Notes under the pieces: model-generated
Seen by the model: the letters and a program-made list of their open reading frames with translations, nothing else
What the model was told of the DNA's origin: nothing
The model's database searches: none
Shown: in pieces, positions 50,201 to 57,698 of the stretch
Position numbering within the stretch: the first letter of the stretch is position 1
Layout: each line of letters opens with the position of its first letter
Source of the DNA: a virus
Taxonomy: Duplodnaviria > Caudoviricetes
Length of the DNA: 64,000 bases
Virus record (IMG/VR): IMGVR_UViG_3300020049_002596
Coordinates: 31,513-95,512 of that record
Strand: one strand, 5' to 3'
Translations under genes and position numbers: made by a program

Positions 50201-51441
50201 CTAAAGTTCCTTACAAAGAAGTGAATAAAGAAGTAAATGGATTGTTTAAATATGTAGACAAAGCTGGTAAAAGTCCTTCTTTTGTATCTATCAAGAACAA
50301 AAAAGGAGATAGTCAAGCTTACTCTTTATATGAGAATGTAGGTAATGGAACTTATCAAAAAATTGATACTTTAGGTAATAAAGGTGTTAATGAATTTGAA
50401 TATAGAAACCCTAATGTGGCTGCTATGAATTCTACTACTATTAACAATACTCCTAAAGTAACAGATAAAGAAGTAAAAGAAAGTCATGGTGTTCCTTTTG
50501 GAATAGTTGAGGGAACTACTACTGTAAAAGAGTTAGCTCAAAATATTGCTGATGCTTTATTGAGCCCTGAGCATTCTTACTTATCTGAAGCTGCTAAATG
50601 GTTACTACCTATTATTAAAAATGGTAGCCAAAAAGTGATCATAGACAAAGCCTTACCTGCTGCAGGAAGAGCTTCTAGACAATCTCTAGATATTACTCTT
50701 AATCCTACACACACTATGGAAGTGTCTACAGATAAAACTGCTTCAGTATTTATACATGAGTTAATCCATACTGTTAGTGCTAAAGAAGTAAGTAACTATT
50801 ATCAAGCTGATGGTAGTACTTTAAGAACTGACATAGATATTCCTGTTCATGTACAGAAATTGAATAGTGCTTTTCAAAAGTTTGTAACTTTACATAAAGA
50901 TGAAATTCAAGACTTACAGAATAAGAGAAGTTCTAAGGACTCTTCTTTAGGAGGAGGTTACACAGAGAGAGAAAAAGAACTTATTTATGCTGGTATTAAT
51001 ATCAGAGAATTCATAACTGTTTCTTTAACTTCTCCTACTTTCCAAGAAGAGATGAGTAAAATTTCTACAGCTGGAGACAGTAATCTTTGGGAAGATATTA
51101 AGGCTGCTTTCATGGATATCATTGAAGCAATTTATCCTGGACTAAAAGACAACACTTTAGCAAAAGATGCTGTCATGGCTTCTATGAATTTTATCAATGA
51201 AGAGTCTAAAGGAAGAAGAGCAGCTACTGAAGACCTTATTCCACCTGATGTTCACCTTATTCTACAACAAGAAGAAGCTAATAAATTGATGTATGGTAAC
51301 CCTACAAATCAAGATTTAGCTAATCCTGAGAATGATGTAAGAGATGAAAATAGTGCAGATCTAAGTCTTTCAGATACAGAAAAAAATGATACCTTTGTAA
51401 AAGAAGAGAAATCTGCCTGTGAAGGAGGTTTAGCAATTTAA
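38278..51441 (+). CDS. Giant virion-packaged DNA-dependent RNA polymerase (crAss-type, two-barrel) with C-terminal zincin domain
   Basis: FRTPTS...KQKGLDYDIDK (catalytic DxDxD at 47854-47868), ATDNEKE motif; HELIH at 50755-50769 with downstream EFI. Confidence 0.88.
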   Translation: MFPPKKNLSKFAQAKQELQQGDEGIAAGAGTETGVGLSFEELRSQSTSQNNISSQLLSTYVDKGERDKIEFERSEAKKEIDRLVKEEAIKKDRVFSKVAEKHGIDKAFSVMDNAAKMKELEEKDFFTAYSRYADDFISSKGVNVAKPIIAIGGFFAHLGNDLFSDTRIGLNKAEQKQYEALASQQRKDLQPALTELKAQYEQELQKAEDRRKQATLAHVKSPEYIKWQNDQAGKLRKDLDSGPTESSDMDLARKTAIKYEDLITQIDDYTSGKAGFWDGFGSQKKDLLTVGLYGLADALTVSSIKDKADRIYKEKSLNSKNINYRPKERLTENEQAILEAEGHVQELTAKNLFENKLGYTWGTGVAQSTVSMEATLLSGGFAGAAEETVANAIVKESAKTTLKQAWKQGGTKLMMSNLGAKSVGGATNVAISSLLSPGTYTMAAKAKTGNMEFITDENGKQKLLVGEERYNHYKKDFSKKADLIRYDIAELEKKEKRSDSENERLEGLKAGLENITEEFDILYKPNNWGESLWYGFSENVKENFSEKYVGGALPGLTNNMLMRNLAKTNIGGKIAKGISATADDIAQSKVGKALYAPVKGYNYSRNVVNNLSLGKLSGNAVAHTGKASLIHSLPGEVAEEIWNQFMPTYKQDYAEQLETLKDSSFYRDTIAQTLIQGVAFGGIGMVGRGRNYMNDKARLREMYKALDASITDDDVANSILMNTGGTIYSPLDYDHKIMQLRQENTADSHTKADRLEQNKFTNLAAMAIRTGTVDSFKKNLEAIQSKPEVSLSTKQNVALAQARIDGLMEVYNKHSEKENFGTIFNLSERKLANDQTVKVIDEELMKQREGAKEDIDAFIARKGLKIDYDIDTLLTKEDFETPEQEKEYTAFIEALNEENLTRVNLFGGLLMEKAGFQMDNNELNKQINDQTSPEYEERVETKKGIEQVYEKTLADYQNDIITSETPVFDYNNKLQETPELVDEAMERVKKQYKGRVNESFFEEVANKRKTLLELEQLKRKEKLEMANLQSLITKRAEQVDSQDAEFGDTLVPPTATVTVIDDIAQSAHQSFVQSSVDQLVNIFPVAATVPNPTNVGAPAAVQSMPLRIIDSEDGFKIWNDKTNLYEEGTDAKGIAPSYATEAEAQKRLQELQNPNAIIISDSEFDLSIDTNNTYTPQQLEATKAFTKESVERIEERLGRRPSFKEFAEQTYKYAADKKALRNLFPHMIKGWQENGYESTDFQSVFNDLFNPYEAAVTDYVKNMQNIFEENVPVEETSPYTEFSEQSAKVEEQLVKNNVTTIGYDEENMAIVQTAQTEEELRKNISITPRIGYSAMSSTTVNEAGVIETVAVGTELAHKEGDLIDPRDLINPNLYPTGTKVSIEIADPSIWNRVVATNGRDAEGNILFTTFDKWVEERERTNPNFKDTQEFRDKVPMFYTDGSGKRLGYVQEVDKFNAYTIKNPAGSSKNPENAAQDAVWSNHIQKGIDSARALRESINNGLREVTLTRSSEGPIIKIPETQPKITARESNPQATLVVQRGTDLHTTFDSKFDGKIIDRQLFRAGSGGTNGHTWMVSQVGTVKNDKGELVPQYRAYPLQRVVSDDQIETARWAVAAYMTLEGRTESIKGTEFEMTKENAEKIQSDINKHMGFNIESHLELVSFIKTFFQTPIQGDRLDSYKKVLFDTETYPDVRQHTNLKLLGNKKAQVVSIVNGKVFSTNKNYEDYLKDTLETNIKSVNVGTEEKPVYATVAQPTFTISYTPVVVETGAQQVENQQVENVELAKEIVAEPLNIDKHVELLNNLGISLDEFELNDDMIEDTSKLANLFKTVGNLNILQEKAIRQFIVHNIGEKVSLEYKSAVSKAKLKEDIKKELDPILVGLQSQLKSLLAELENTNSTDARVALLKEAYATTLKNIADVKANFTPLFEKAFTDIQKQTQLVEKEKETEATNTDEETQNVKDYNKESIEESGKAKASYRLRRFLHKINKYDAKGVAQTTYLGLPSYMSFNDVYNELSKVLSMGSEVESDYDKLIEKLKQSESPFVKDVLNKLEGADQQIKNEFVYNFVRHTLSSKFGMYESGPNGTVLKMYNTNANEASRIINNKWKNDNMVSGLYKKDGTVDVAFAENMIEEFNSWDKDHTKVAQADLRNWLNKLGFSFQDAAWDQIYQKGIFNAQRDVPFKDLYNINAGGLFVPIVEFLTKAKNDPAGMKFDVNTNVFSNLGGVTKALSAVETKFNPNLIALSFRDTGKNISTLVPTKYITDMVQNLKRSAVDQSNTLIDDLQSLSFSEDSIILDLLKNVPAFKSMFQVHHVALTAIKEKGDNPTKSSLTDLSDTDFDMNSLAGFQDRKIDKLPAGTKIDGVTMRMAHMLSPTMSDKSTGLYMETAVFDFLADKSLLFKVEEDGSISGFKTQLKELLFDRLVLPELKRIVKFHREVGTTNIKNYDKGAQLFHLLPIMNTLKAEDGVRIIEKLASPNLNYTIEEAVEEFRDTFQNAIEDVVQQEVQFKKDSWAGYTETKGGKTTSKMFDKNYFTEAGRDPSVDYDLAVNDFVLNNLLFNAEMFKVFAGDIASYSQDKLFVEQKVNKETNKEEKTKINAWDFSKDESYISINKQIGTNLGKRLALLIAPGNKIANSRNEEYNQIFLNDSIDIAENAEYLIKNYYGEEAVAKATPLLEKHAVAAKIVDRYEQGIVDISPELYAKAKNDMKEVRDTLSKQYADLSAYFDIESTDAQEYSTAAEHVSILHRMGRLSDKELKTINDKLAKGEDLTKEELNVVFQPIKPVHTGTYINKDQDVNRVVYIKSSAFPLLPQLTAGTKLEGLRNKMEELEKNTGRFTRASFQTANKVGATVKAINPFDVHSLNDIKEYAPNDAASSVLTLKRDNFRIQQDVPFKSDKAQDDKVSMGTQFFKLLFGDGMIDAENFEIDGKKLTGKELYQHYNQAFKDIVDSKKAELFSELGLDEKGKVIDQNQFMVKLQDLLIKEATSRGYSVKSLAGLKLEQLQAKAGIYYEFKTPLWLSSDSNRYESLLNAIITNRIMKHKMPGNGFVAGSESGFSFKENLEGVDKSRVIYLDNWNGKELQGVHTEDVDGAPVFKKAQVFVPSKFKGPDKKLIDLFEGFNGKEGKYIIKRENGTLGLKEGMIDPALFNNFSFRTPTSSHVSGSTIEIAGILPPEVGDLMIVPKNFTKQKGLDYDIDKESAYQLNHVTTIDGKIQVLTKEYADSKIQELKDKIEKANLQNTSASAKSNFAQELFRSFVQGSGSLIDEESLETLLLPQLSIAQKLSKVETELKRKLAENEFIKTHLAVFNNADASVQSKINKVLSIDFASKQADLIENLTAEGIKNAAIAKHKENNPNLSLKEATEIYQKSLMNFTMLTNSYQKMKMDLGSIGKTAIGVYANYTTFNGLLQQNISGKDVFIMDENGDPKVTTIGNFISTGTLGVQKTLTPTTNSTVWAKNHQRSTAEVFAEKENTATDNEKEQILGRVGVNEDTINVDAYLSLLGFDKDELGNSISYMLLSQPAIKQFNSQKKASKGILGEFLKQDELIAETVSALSEGRITYKQVGEGASLKYHFVDVTTGQIAQPDGKVLTGANLLEGVKYSGQDANTQLHSFMTYVQIEKEARAVSTVQKTINANTLGKSMIESQLKFEALKTLPDNGTVSGVENLIGEFTKTQEGRQDGEWMGEYYVTPTTPQGQIVINGLRLGNTMYQDFFPYQEQSIVDTVKEILAIQGKGDVSDAVIIENFEEIVESIKKYIYSRQGNNVFEMDARAKRFELFKDTDTNTSLSTYMKDLVGAKIPEFAKGIRVLSQNPLVRSFTYESALGENDFSVIKYNNAATDNLDEEELYNSIPELILMDTPLPPKDGKPYSTKMLAQDLVSYSFLQGGVQKATEFVKYVPVEYLETVGTYETQKEFVNGEVVEKQVFVQANKKLQGFNSKKNTSIDIFAVALGTNSEGPSIFTKQYFQHNPNKAPKVPYKEVNKEVNGLFKYVDKAGKSPSFVSIKNKKGDSQAYSLYENVGNGTYQKIDTLGNKGVNEFEYRNPNVAAMNSTTINNTPKVTDKEVKESHGVPFGIVEGTTTVKELAQNIADALLSPEHSYLSEAAKWLLPIIKNGSQKVIIDKALPAAGRASRQSLDITLNPTHTMEVSTDKTASVFIHELIHTVSAKEVSNYYQADGSTLRTDIDIPVHVQKLNSAFQKFVTLHKDEIQDLQNKRSSKDSSLGGGYTEREKELIYAGINIREFITVSLTSPTFQEEMSKISTAGDSNLWEDIKAAFMDIIEAIYPGLKDNTLAKDAVMASMNFINEESKGRRAATEDLIPPDVHLILQQEEANKLMYGNPTNQDLANPENDVRDENSADLSLSDTEKNDTFVKEEKSACEGGLAI

Positions 51442-51451
51442 AATAAAAACT

Positions 51452-54400
51452 ATGGGATGTTTAACACACAAAGAGGCTAAAAGCAATGCTCTTTTAGATA
51501 TACAAGACAAAGGTTTTTTTATAATTGAGTCAGATGGCACTCATTCAAGAAAGATTGATCTAGATAAAAAAGATGAATTTGACAAGTACCATGCTAAACT
51601 TATAAAAAATGTTAATGCCAACTACGGTTTAAATTTAACTTCTCTGTTTACCACTGAATTAAAGGTTATTAATGAAAGTGCTAATGCAACATTAGGTAGA
51701 GAAACTATTATCAGACTTACTCCTATTGACTCTGCTTTTGAAGCTATTGACAATAAGAGAAAAGAGTTAGGTATTTATGAAGATAAAACTTCCATTGGAG
51801 AATACAACACTCAAATGGAATCTCAAAGAGAACTTGACCAAGAAAAAGAACTAAAAAGACTAGCAGAAATCAGAGAAACTAACAGAGAGTCTGGCTTTCT
51901 TACAGAAGAGGGAGATATTTTTCCCTCTGCTGAAGAGGCTATGTTATCTCAGGAAGAAGACATGGATGACAGTATCAGTACTATAAGAGGTACTGGAGCT
52001 AGCACAATAATGCAGCCTACTTATGAAGACTACTTAGAACAGAAAAAATCTTTGTTGAAAAAGATTGAAATGAATATTGAAAAGTTGTACAATGAGAAAA
52101 GGCTGAAACCCCAGGCTGACACTACTGCGAAGATCTCTAGATTGAATTTAGTAAAAGATAGTCTTGAAAAAGAGATTAGCAATTTTGCTAAAAGTACAGA
52201 CAAAGTTTCTCTAATGAGAGATTTTTTTAATAGAGACTTTGACTTAATAAAAGAGTTTCTTGCTAATCCTACTTTGGACAATGTGTTCTTAGCTAAAGAA
52301 GTGTTTAAATACATAGAGACTTCAGCCAACACAAGTATTGACAATAAAGGAAACACTCTATTTACTCCTAAGAGTAGTACTTATTATGAAAGAGATGTAC
52401 AAAATCTTATTGATCATGTTGCAAGTCAGATAAATGATACTAGAGACAAGATTGATAGGTCCCTAGACAATATCTTTATTGATTTACTTGAAAAACAAGC
52501 ACCTAATTTAGCATCTTTATACCCTAATCATGTAAGTATTGACCCTAATACAGGAGCTCAAGTACTTGACATGGAAGGAGTTAAGAATGAATTACTAAAA
52601 AATCTTCAAGATATTTCTTGGGGAGAATCTTTTTTCTTTGGATTAGGACAAAATGTTAGTAGTAAAAACAACATTCTGGATGATTTAATGGTTCTGGAAT
52701 ATGAAAAAGCTTCTATTAGAGAATCAGCAAAATCTCAAAAAATCATAGCTGACATTGATGCAGCAATTGAAGAAGCTGAAAAAGAACTTCAAAAGTTAGG
52801 TAAAAAGATTACAGCTAGAGCAGGTAGAATTGTGTATTCAGGGTATGACTACAATATGTTTTATCAGAAAGATGAAAATGGAAATATTAAACCTAATTTA
52901 GTAGGTAAGTTTTCTAGAAAATGGAATACTACACTTACAGGTTTAGTTCAAAAATCTAAAAAAGAAATCTTTGCTGCTAGAGAAAATAAAGATTGGGCTG
53001 AAGTAGAAAGACTCTTAACAGAAAAATACTTGGAATTGGACAACATTTCTGAGTTTATTGACTTTACTTTATTGCATGATGTCTTTACAGACCCTGTGTA
53101 TGATAAGTTTAAAAATCCTGACACAGCTGCTGCACAAGCCTACAAAGATTCTATCATTTCTCAAATTGGAGAAGATGAGTACAATCACATAGTTGAACAA
53201 CAAAGGAACTTTCTTGACAACTATATGGAAGAAATGAGAGTTCTTACAGAATTCAAAATGGCAGAAGAAAATGTGTCTAATTATAATGACCTTTCTCCAA
53301 ATGCTAAAACTAATTTAGAAATTACAGATAAAAGGTTAAGTCCTTTAGAGTTTCTTAAAGCTCATCAAACTGGTAACACTAATATGATTGAGTTTCAAGT
53401 AGGAACTCAATCTAATGAGAAGCCTTCTTTCTTAAAGTACAACACTGTAATGCCAAGATCAATATCTAAGGTAGGTGCAGACACTAATTTCTATGATAAA
53501 GAGTTTGATGTTATAGACAGTAACCCTGCACTTAAAAATCTTTGGAGTGCTTTAAAAGCTGGTTCTAGAACTATTGCTGAAAACCTTATTGACTCTGATT
53601 TAAAAGTAAGTGCCAACTCTATATTCTATATGGAGAAACAACTTGCTGAAGAGCTAATGGATAAGAGTGTTCTGTCTTTAGTTAAAAGAGGGTTAGGCAG
53701 TTTGCTAAATGTAAAAGGTTTCATTAAGAATGTAATCAGTGCTAAAAAACCTAACTATAACAATCAAAGTAATAATGTTGTTTTAGCTGGAGAAATAAAA
53801 ACTGTAGGAAATGAAGTTAGAAGAGATTTTGACATTGTTAAAACAGAAGTAGCAAATATCTTAGGTAAACAAATTACTGATAAAACAGAAATAAATATTT
53901 CTAACCTGTCTCCAGAGCAACAAAAAACTCTTTTAGATGCAGTTGGAGTAAACACAGCTCAAGATTTTATTACTGAATTAGGTAAATACACTTTTAAAGT
54001 AGGAGAGTTAAAAGTATTCTCTGAAAAGAGAGTAATGCAATCTCAAACTTTAAATCTTCCTGTACTTGTAAAAGCTCTTTTAGAAATCTCTGCTGAGCAT
54101 AAAGCAAGAACAGAGTCTAAAAATGAGATGAGTGTTTATATGGCAAAAAGTAATGTTATCAAAAATGAGAAAGACTCTGTTTTTAACAAGAAAGGCCAAG
54201 CAAGAAAAAGTGAAATAGAAAGACAAGAGTTTTGGAATGAGAAAGTTATCTTAAACAGAAATCAAAAAGATTTAGGAGGAAGTGTTAGTGATGCTTTGAT
54301 TAGATCTTTTGGTAAGGCTGACTTTAATCCTATTCTTTTAGGTCAACATTTCTATAAAAACTTCACTAAAGAAGAAAAAATTATCTACAACTCTGCTATA

Positions 54401-56410
54401 AAAAGACTTAAGACTTTAGAAACAGAAATAGCTAATAATACAGACCCTAAAAAATCTGAAGAACTTTTCTCTGAAAAACAAGATCTTGAACAAAGATTGA
54501 GACTTTTAGGTAAAGACTATATGTTTGGAGCTCTTTTTGATAAGGTAGTAAACCAATTAACTGTAAATGTAGGATTAGGGTATAACTTCCTTGCTAACTT
54601 TAGAAACAGAACGCAAGGATTCACAGCCCTGCTATCCAGAGATGGAGAATTCTGGAGTAATGGTAATATCTACCCAGTAAATCATTTTGTTGGCTTAAAT
54701 AAGCTTAGATTCATTAACCCTAGTTATGCAAAAGAATGGCATAAAAGTGAGTTGTTTATTAAACAATTAGGAAGGTTACAAGATGGAACTAATGAGCTTC
54801 AGAAAGCTGAAAGCAAATTGCAAAAAAGAGCTAGATGGTTTTCTCCTATGTATGGAACTCAAGTAGTTGAGTACTATAACCAGACTTCAGGTATTCTGGC
54901 CATGTCTATGGACATGATGGTTACAGATAAAAATGGTAATCAAGAACCTCTTTTTGATGGTGCTGGCTTTAATGTTTATGAAGACCCTGATACAACAGGA
55001 GGTAAGCTTAGATTAAAAGAAGAGTTTAGAACTCCTGAAAATATTGCTAAGTTTGAAGAAATGGACACTGAAGAAATGGTTACATGGAAAACAGACATAG
55101 ACAATATGACTAAGAGTATTGCTGGGGATTACAGTAAAACTGGTATCACTAGAGTAAAAGGAAGTATTTATACTAAGCCTTTTATGGTCTTTAAAACTTG
55201 GATTCCTAGATTTATTTCTTCTAGATATAGATATGAACAAAAAAATATTAGAACAGGTCAAACTGAAACAGGTTACTTATTATCTACATTCTTAAATAAG
55301 AAAACTTCTGCTGCAGGAGGACTTATGTTAGGGGTAACTGGGCTAATGGGAGTAGCAGCTTCTTCTCCAATACTTGTTGGAGGATTCTTAACTGCTGGTT
55401 CTGTGGCTGCAGGTATGGCAATGTACAAAAGAGCTAAAGGGCAAGGACCTATTATTGACCCAACTGAATTAATTAATATTAGAGAACAAGCTCTTTTTGT
55501 ACTTAAGAGTTTAGCTTATACTCCTGCAGAAATTGCTAATGTGGCTACTGGAAAACAGTTAGTTAAGCAACCTACTTTTAGTGATAAAGCTAAGTTAACT
55601 CTTCAAGAACAAAGAGATGTTAGATTAATGGCTAGAAACATGCAAACTACTGCTGCTTTTATATTGGCTAAAATTGCTATTCAAGCTTTCTTCCAAGCAA
55701 ATGATGATGATGAACCTAAACCTGAAGATGAAGAAGCAATTGCAGCATGGGAACAAGCTAAGAAAGAAAGAGAAGAAGACAAACAGTGGTATAACTTTGT
55801 AGAGAATCAAGTTACAGGTATGTATCAAGAGATTGCTTTAGCTATGGACCCTTATGCTATGTTGAGTACTTTAGGTAGTAAAAATGGTCTTCAAAACAGT
55901 ATGGATAAAATTGTAAAAATTTGTACTAGTTTATTAGGTCTGACTAAAGGTAAAGATGAAATAACTAAAGGAGTAAGACAAGGGCAATCTAAGTTTGGTA
56001 ACACACTTAGAAAACAATTCCTACCTGCTTTTATTAGGGATATTGGTCATGATACTTGGAGAGGTGGTTTAGAGTCTTCTATGGAAACAGAATGGGATAA
56101 AGATGAGTGGATAGATGGTATCTTTGATTCTAACTATAAGAAAGACAAAGACACAGCTGAAGAAGCTAGAAAAGCTAAAAGACTTCAACTTATAGAGCAA
56201 TATGATACTTCTTCTGATGAAGATATTAAATCTCTTTCTGAGGATGAGAAAAAAGCTTTGGCTAAAGAAGAAGCTTTAGATCTTATTCCTAATCCTGAAA
56301 GAGAGAACTACGATAAAAAACAAAAAAGGAATCCAGGGGTACCTGAAGTAACTGGGGAACCTGTTCCTCAAGAAGCAGAAGAAATAGACCCTAATGCTCC
56401 AATGTATTAA
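51452..56410 (+). CDS. Large virion cargo/ejection protein with a predicted transmembrane hairpin
   Basis: 1652 aa, helical; hydrophobic AAGGLMLGVTGLMGVAASSPILVGGFLTAGSVAAGMAMY segment. Confidence 0.6.
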   Translation: MGCLTHKEAKSNALLDIQDKGFFIIESDGTHSRKIDLDKKDEFDKYHAKLIKNVNANYGLNLTSLFTTELKVINESANATLGRETIIRLTPIDSAFEAIDNKRKELGIYEDKTSIGEYNTQMESQRELDQEKELKRLAEIRETNRESGFLTEEGDIFPSAEEAMLSQEEDMDDSISTIRGTGASTIMQPTYEDYLEQKKSLLKKIEMNIEKLYNEKRLKPQADTTAKISRLNLVKDSLEKEISNFAKSTDKVSLMRDFFNRDFDLIKEFLANPTLDNVFLAKEVFKYIETSANTSIDNKGNTLFTPKSSTYYERDVQNLIDHVASQINDTRDKIDRSLDNIFIDLLEKQAPNLASLYPNHVSIDPNTGAQVLDMEGVKNELLKNLQDISWGESFFFGLGQNVSSKNNILDDLMVLEYEKASIRESAKSQKIIADIDAAIEEAEKELQKLGKKITARAGRIVYSGYDYNMFYQKDENGNIKPNLVGKFSRKWNTTLTGLVQKSKKEIFAARENKDWAEVERLLTEKYLELDNISEFIDFTLLHDVFTDPVYDKFKNPDTAAAQAYKDSIISQIGEDEYNHIVEQQRNFLDNYMEEMRVLTEFKMAEENVSNYNDLSPNAKTNLEITDKRLSPLEFLKAHQTGNTNMIEFQVGTQSNEKPSFLKYNTVMPRSISKVGADTNFYDKEFDVIDSNPALKNLWSALKAGSRTIAENLIDSDLKVSANSIFYMEKQLAEELMDKSVLSLVKRGLGSLLNVKGFIKNVISAKKPNYNNQSNNVVLAGEIKTVGNEVRRDFDIVKTEVANILGKQITDKTEINISNLSPEQQKTLLDAVGVNTAQDFITELGKYTFKVGELKVFSEKRVMQSQTLNLPVLVKALLEISAEHKARTESKNEMSVYMAKSNVIKNEKDSVFNKKGQARKSEIERQEFWNEKVILNRNQKDLGGSVSDALIRSFGKADFNPILLGQHFYKNFTKEEKIIYNSAIKRLKTLETEIANNTDPKKSEELFSEKQDLEQRLRLLGKDYMFGALFDKVVNQLTVNVGLGYNFLANFRNRTQGFTALLSRDGEFWSNGNIYPVNHFVGLNKLRFINPSYAKEWHKSELFIKQLGRLQDGTNELQKAESKLQKRARWFSPMYGTQVVEYYNQTSGILAMSMDMMVTDKNGNQEPLFDGAGFNVYEDPDTTGGKLRLKEEFRTPENIAKFEEMDTEEMVTWKTDIDNMTKSIAGDYSKTGITRVKGSIYTKPFMVFKTWIPRFISSRYRYEQKNIRTGQTETGYLLSTFLNKKTSAAGGLMLGVTGLMGVAASSPILVGGFLTAGSVAAGMAMYKRAKGQGPIIDPTELINIREQALFVLKSLAYTPAEIANVATGKQLVKQPTFSDKAKLTLQEQRDVRLMARNMQTTAAFILAKIAIQAFFQANDDDEPKPEDEEAIAAWEQAKKEREEDKQWYNFVENQVTGMYQEIALAMDPYAMLSTLGSKNGLQNSMDKIVKICTSLLGLTKGKDEITKGVRQGQSKFGNTLRKQFLPAFIRDIGHDTWRGGLESSMETEWDKDEWIDGIFDSNYKKDKDTAEEARKAKRLQLIEQYDTSSDEDIKSLSEDEKKALAKEEALDLIPNPERENYDKKQKRNPGVPEVTGEPVPQEAEEIDPNAPMY

Positions 56411-56430
56411 TTTAACATAATCCACCTATT

Positions 56431-57324
56431 ATGAACAAACCACTCAGACTTAAGCCTCATGAAATTAAGGCTTTAGACCTTCCAATTCATATCCATAACA
56501 GATATAGACTAAAAGGAGAAAAATTAGAACAACTCTTAGCTTTAAGAGAAGATCAAGTAGATATCAAAAGATTGTTTTTTGATATTGAAACTTCTCCTAA
56601 TATTGTCTACACTTGGAGGGCAGGTTGGAATATTACAGTTACTCCTGAGAGTATCATAGAAGAAAGAAGAGTGATTTGTATCTCTTATAAGTGGGAAAAC
56701 AAAGGTAAGATACACAGGTTGACTTGGGACAAAAACCAGTGTGACAAGCAAATGCTTATTGATTTTGTAAAAGTGGCTAACCAAGCTGATGAAATTATTG
56801 CTCACAATGGGGATAGATTTGACATAAAATGGGTTAGAACTAGATGTATTTTTCACAGAATACCAATGTTCCCAAATTATAGAACACTAGACACTCTTAA
56901 AAAAGCTAAATCTAGTTTCTATTTTAACTCTAACAAATTAGATTATATAGCTAGATTCCTTAATGTAGGAGCCAAAATGGAAACAGGAGGTTATGACTTA
57001 TGGAAAGAAGTAATGAAAAACAATTTGGAAGCTTTAGAAATAATGGGACAATATTGTGACCAGGATGTAGTAGTTCTAGAAGCTGTCTATCAAGAAATGA
57101 AAGCTTACTTTAAACAAAACACTCATCAAGGTGTCTTAGATGGCAAAACTAAATACAGTTGTCCTTCTTGTGGTTCTGAAAAGATTGATTATTTAAAAAT
57201 GGTGTCTACTGCAGCAGGTACAGTGAAGAGAGTAATGAGATGTAAACCTTGCAATCATACTTATGAAATAAGTAATGCTTCTTATATTTTGATGTTGAAA
57301 TTTCAGTCAAATAATCTTCTGTAA
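56431..57324 (+). CDS. DEDD-type 3'-5' exonuclease (RNase H-like fold) with C-terminal Zn ribbon
   Basis: FFDIETS (ExoI), AHNGDRFD (ExoII), YCDQDV (ExoIII), CPSCGS...CKPC. Confidence 0.85.
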   Translation: MNKPLRLKPHEIKALDLPIHIHNRYRLKGEKLEQLLALREDQVDIKRLFFDIETSPNIVYTWRAGWNITVTPESIIEERRVICISYKWENKGKIHRLTWDKNQCDKQMLIDFVKVANQADEIIAHNGDRFDIKWVRTRCIFHRIPMFPNYRTLDTLKKAKSSFYFNSNKLDYIARFLNVGAKMETGGYDLWKEVMKNNLEALEIMGQYCDQDVVVLEAVYQEMKAYFKQNTHQGVLDGKTKYSCPSCGSEKIDYLKMVSTAAGTVKRVMRCKPCNHTYEISNASYILMLKFQSNNLL

Positions 57325-57333
57325 TGGAAAAAG

Positions 57334-57370
57334 AAAAAAAGAGTAAGGCTTATACCTTACTCTTTTTTTT
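57334..57370. terminator. Bidirectional intrinsic terminator between convergent gene blocks
   Basis: AAAAAAAGAGTAAGG-cttata-CCTTACTCTTTTTTT with A and T tails on either side, at the strand switch. Confidence 0.88.
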
Positions 57371-57698
57371 ATGGATATGTGAAATGTAATGTATGGGTAA
57401 AATCTGGGTCTTTTTTATCAAGTCTGGCTACACAAGGTAACCACTCTCTAAAATCAGAAGTTATATCTGCATACTTAGATATTATTAAACAATGTTTTAA
57501 GTGCTGTTCTAAGAACATTTCTTTAGTTACTCCTTTACAAGTAATGTGCATGTTTTTAACAGGTTGTAATAATACTTCTACATAATCTCCTGCATCATAG
57601 TGCACATAAACTGCACTAGAGTGAACTATTTCATTACCATTAGTTTCTACCAAATACTTTGGGTAGATAGGTAATGCTAAGATATCTTTTTTCTCCAT
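57369..57698 (-). CDS. Hypothetical protein
   Basis: ATG at 57698 overlaps the upstream stop; ends at the terminator. Confidence 0.55.
   Translation of the reverse strand: MEKKDILALPIYPKYLVETNGNEIVHSSAVYVHYDAGDYVEVLLQPVKNMHITCKGVTKEMFLEQHLKHCLIISKYADITSDFREWLPCVARLDKKDPDFTHTLHFTYP

Noticed and set aside
38386-55828. Numerous short minus-strand ORFs within the giant genes, and similar nested ORFs elsewhere
   Set aside because: Antisense or alternate-frame shadows of long coding genes, with no motifs or expression signals
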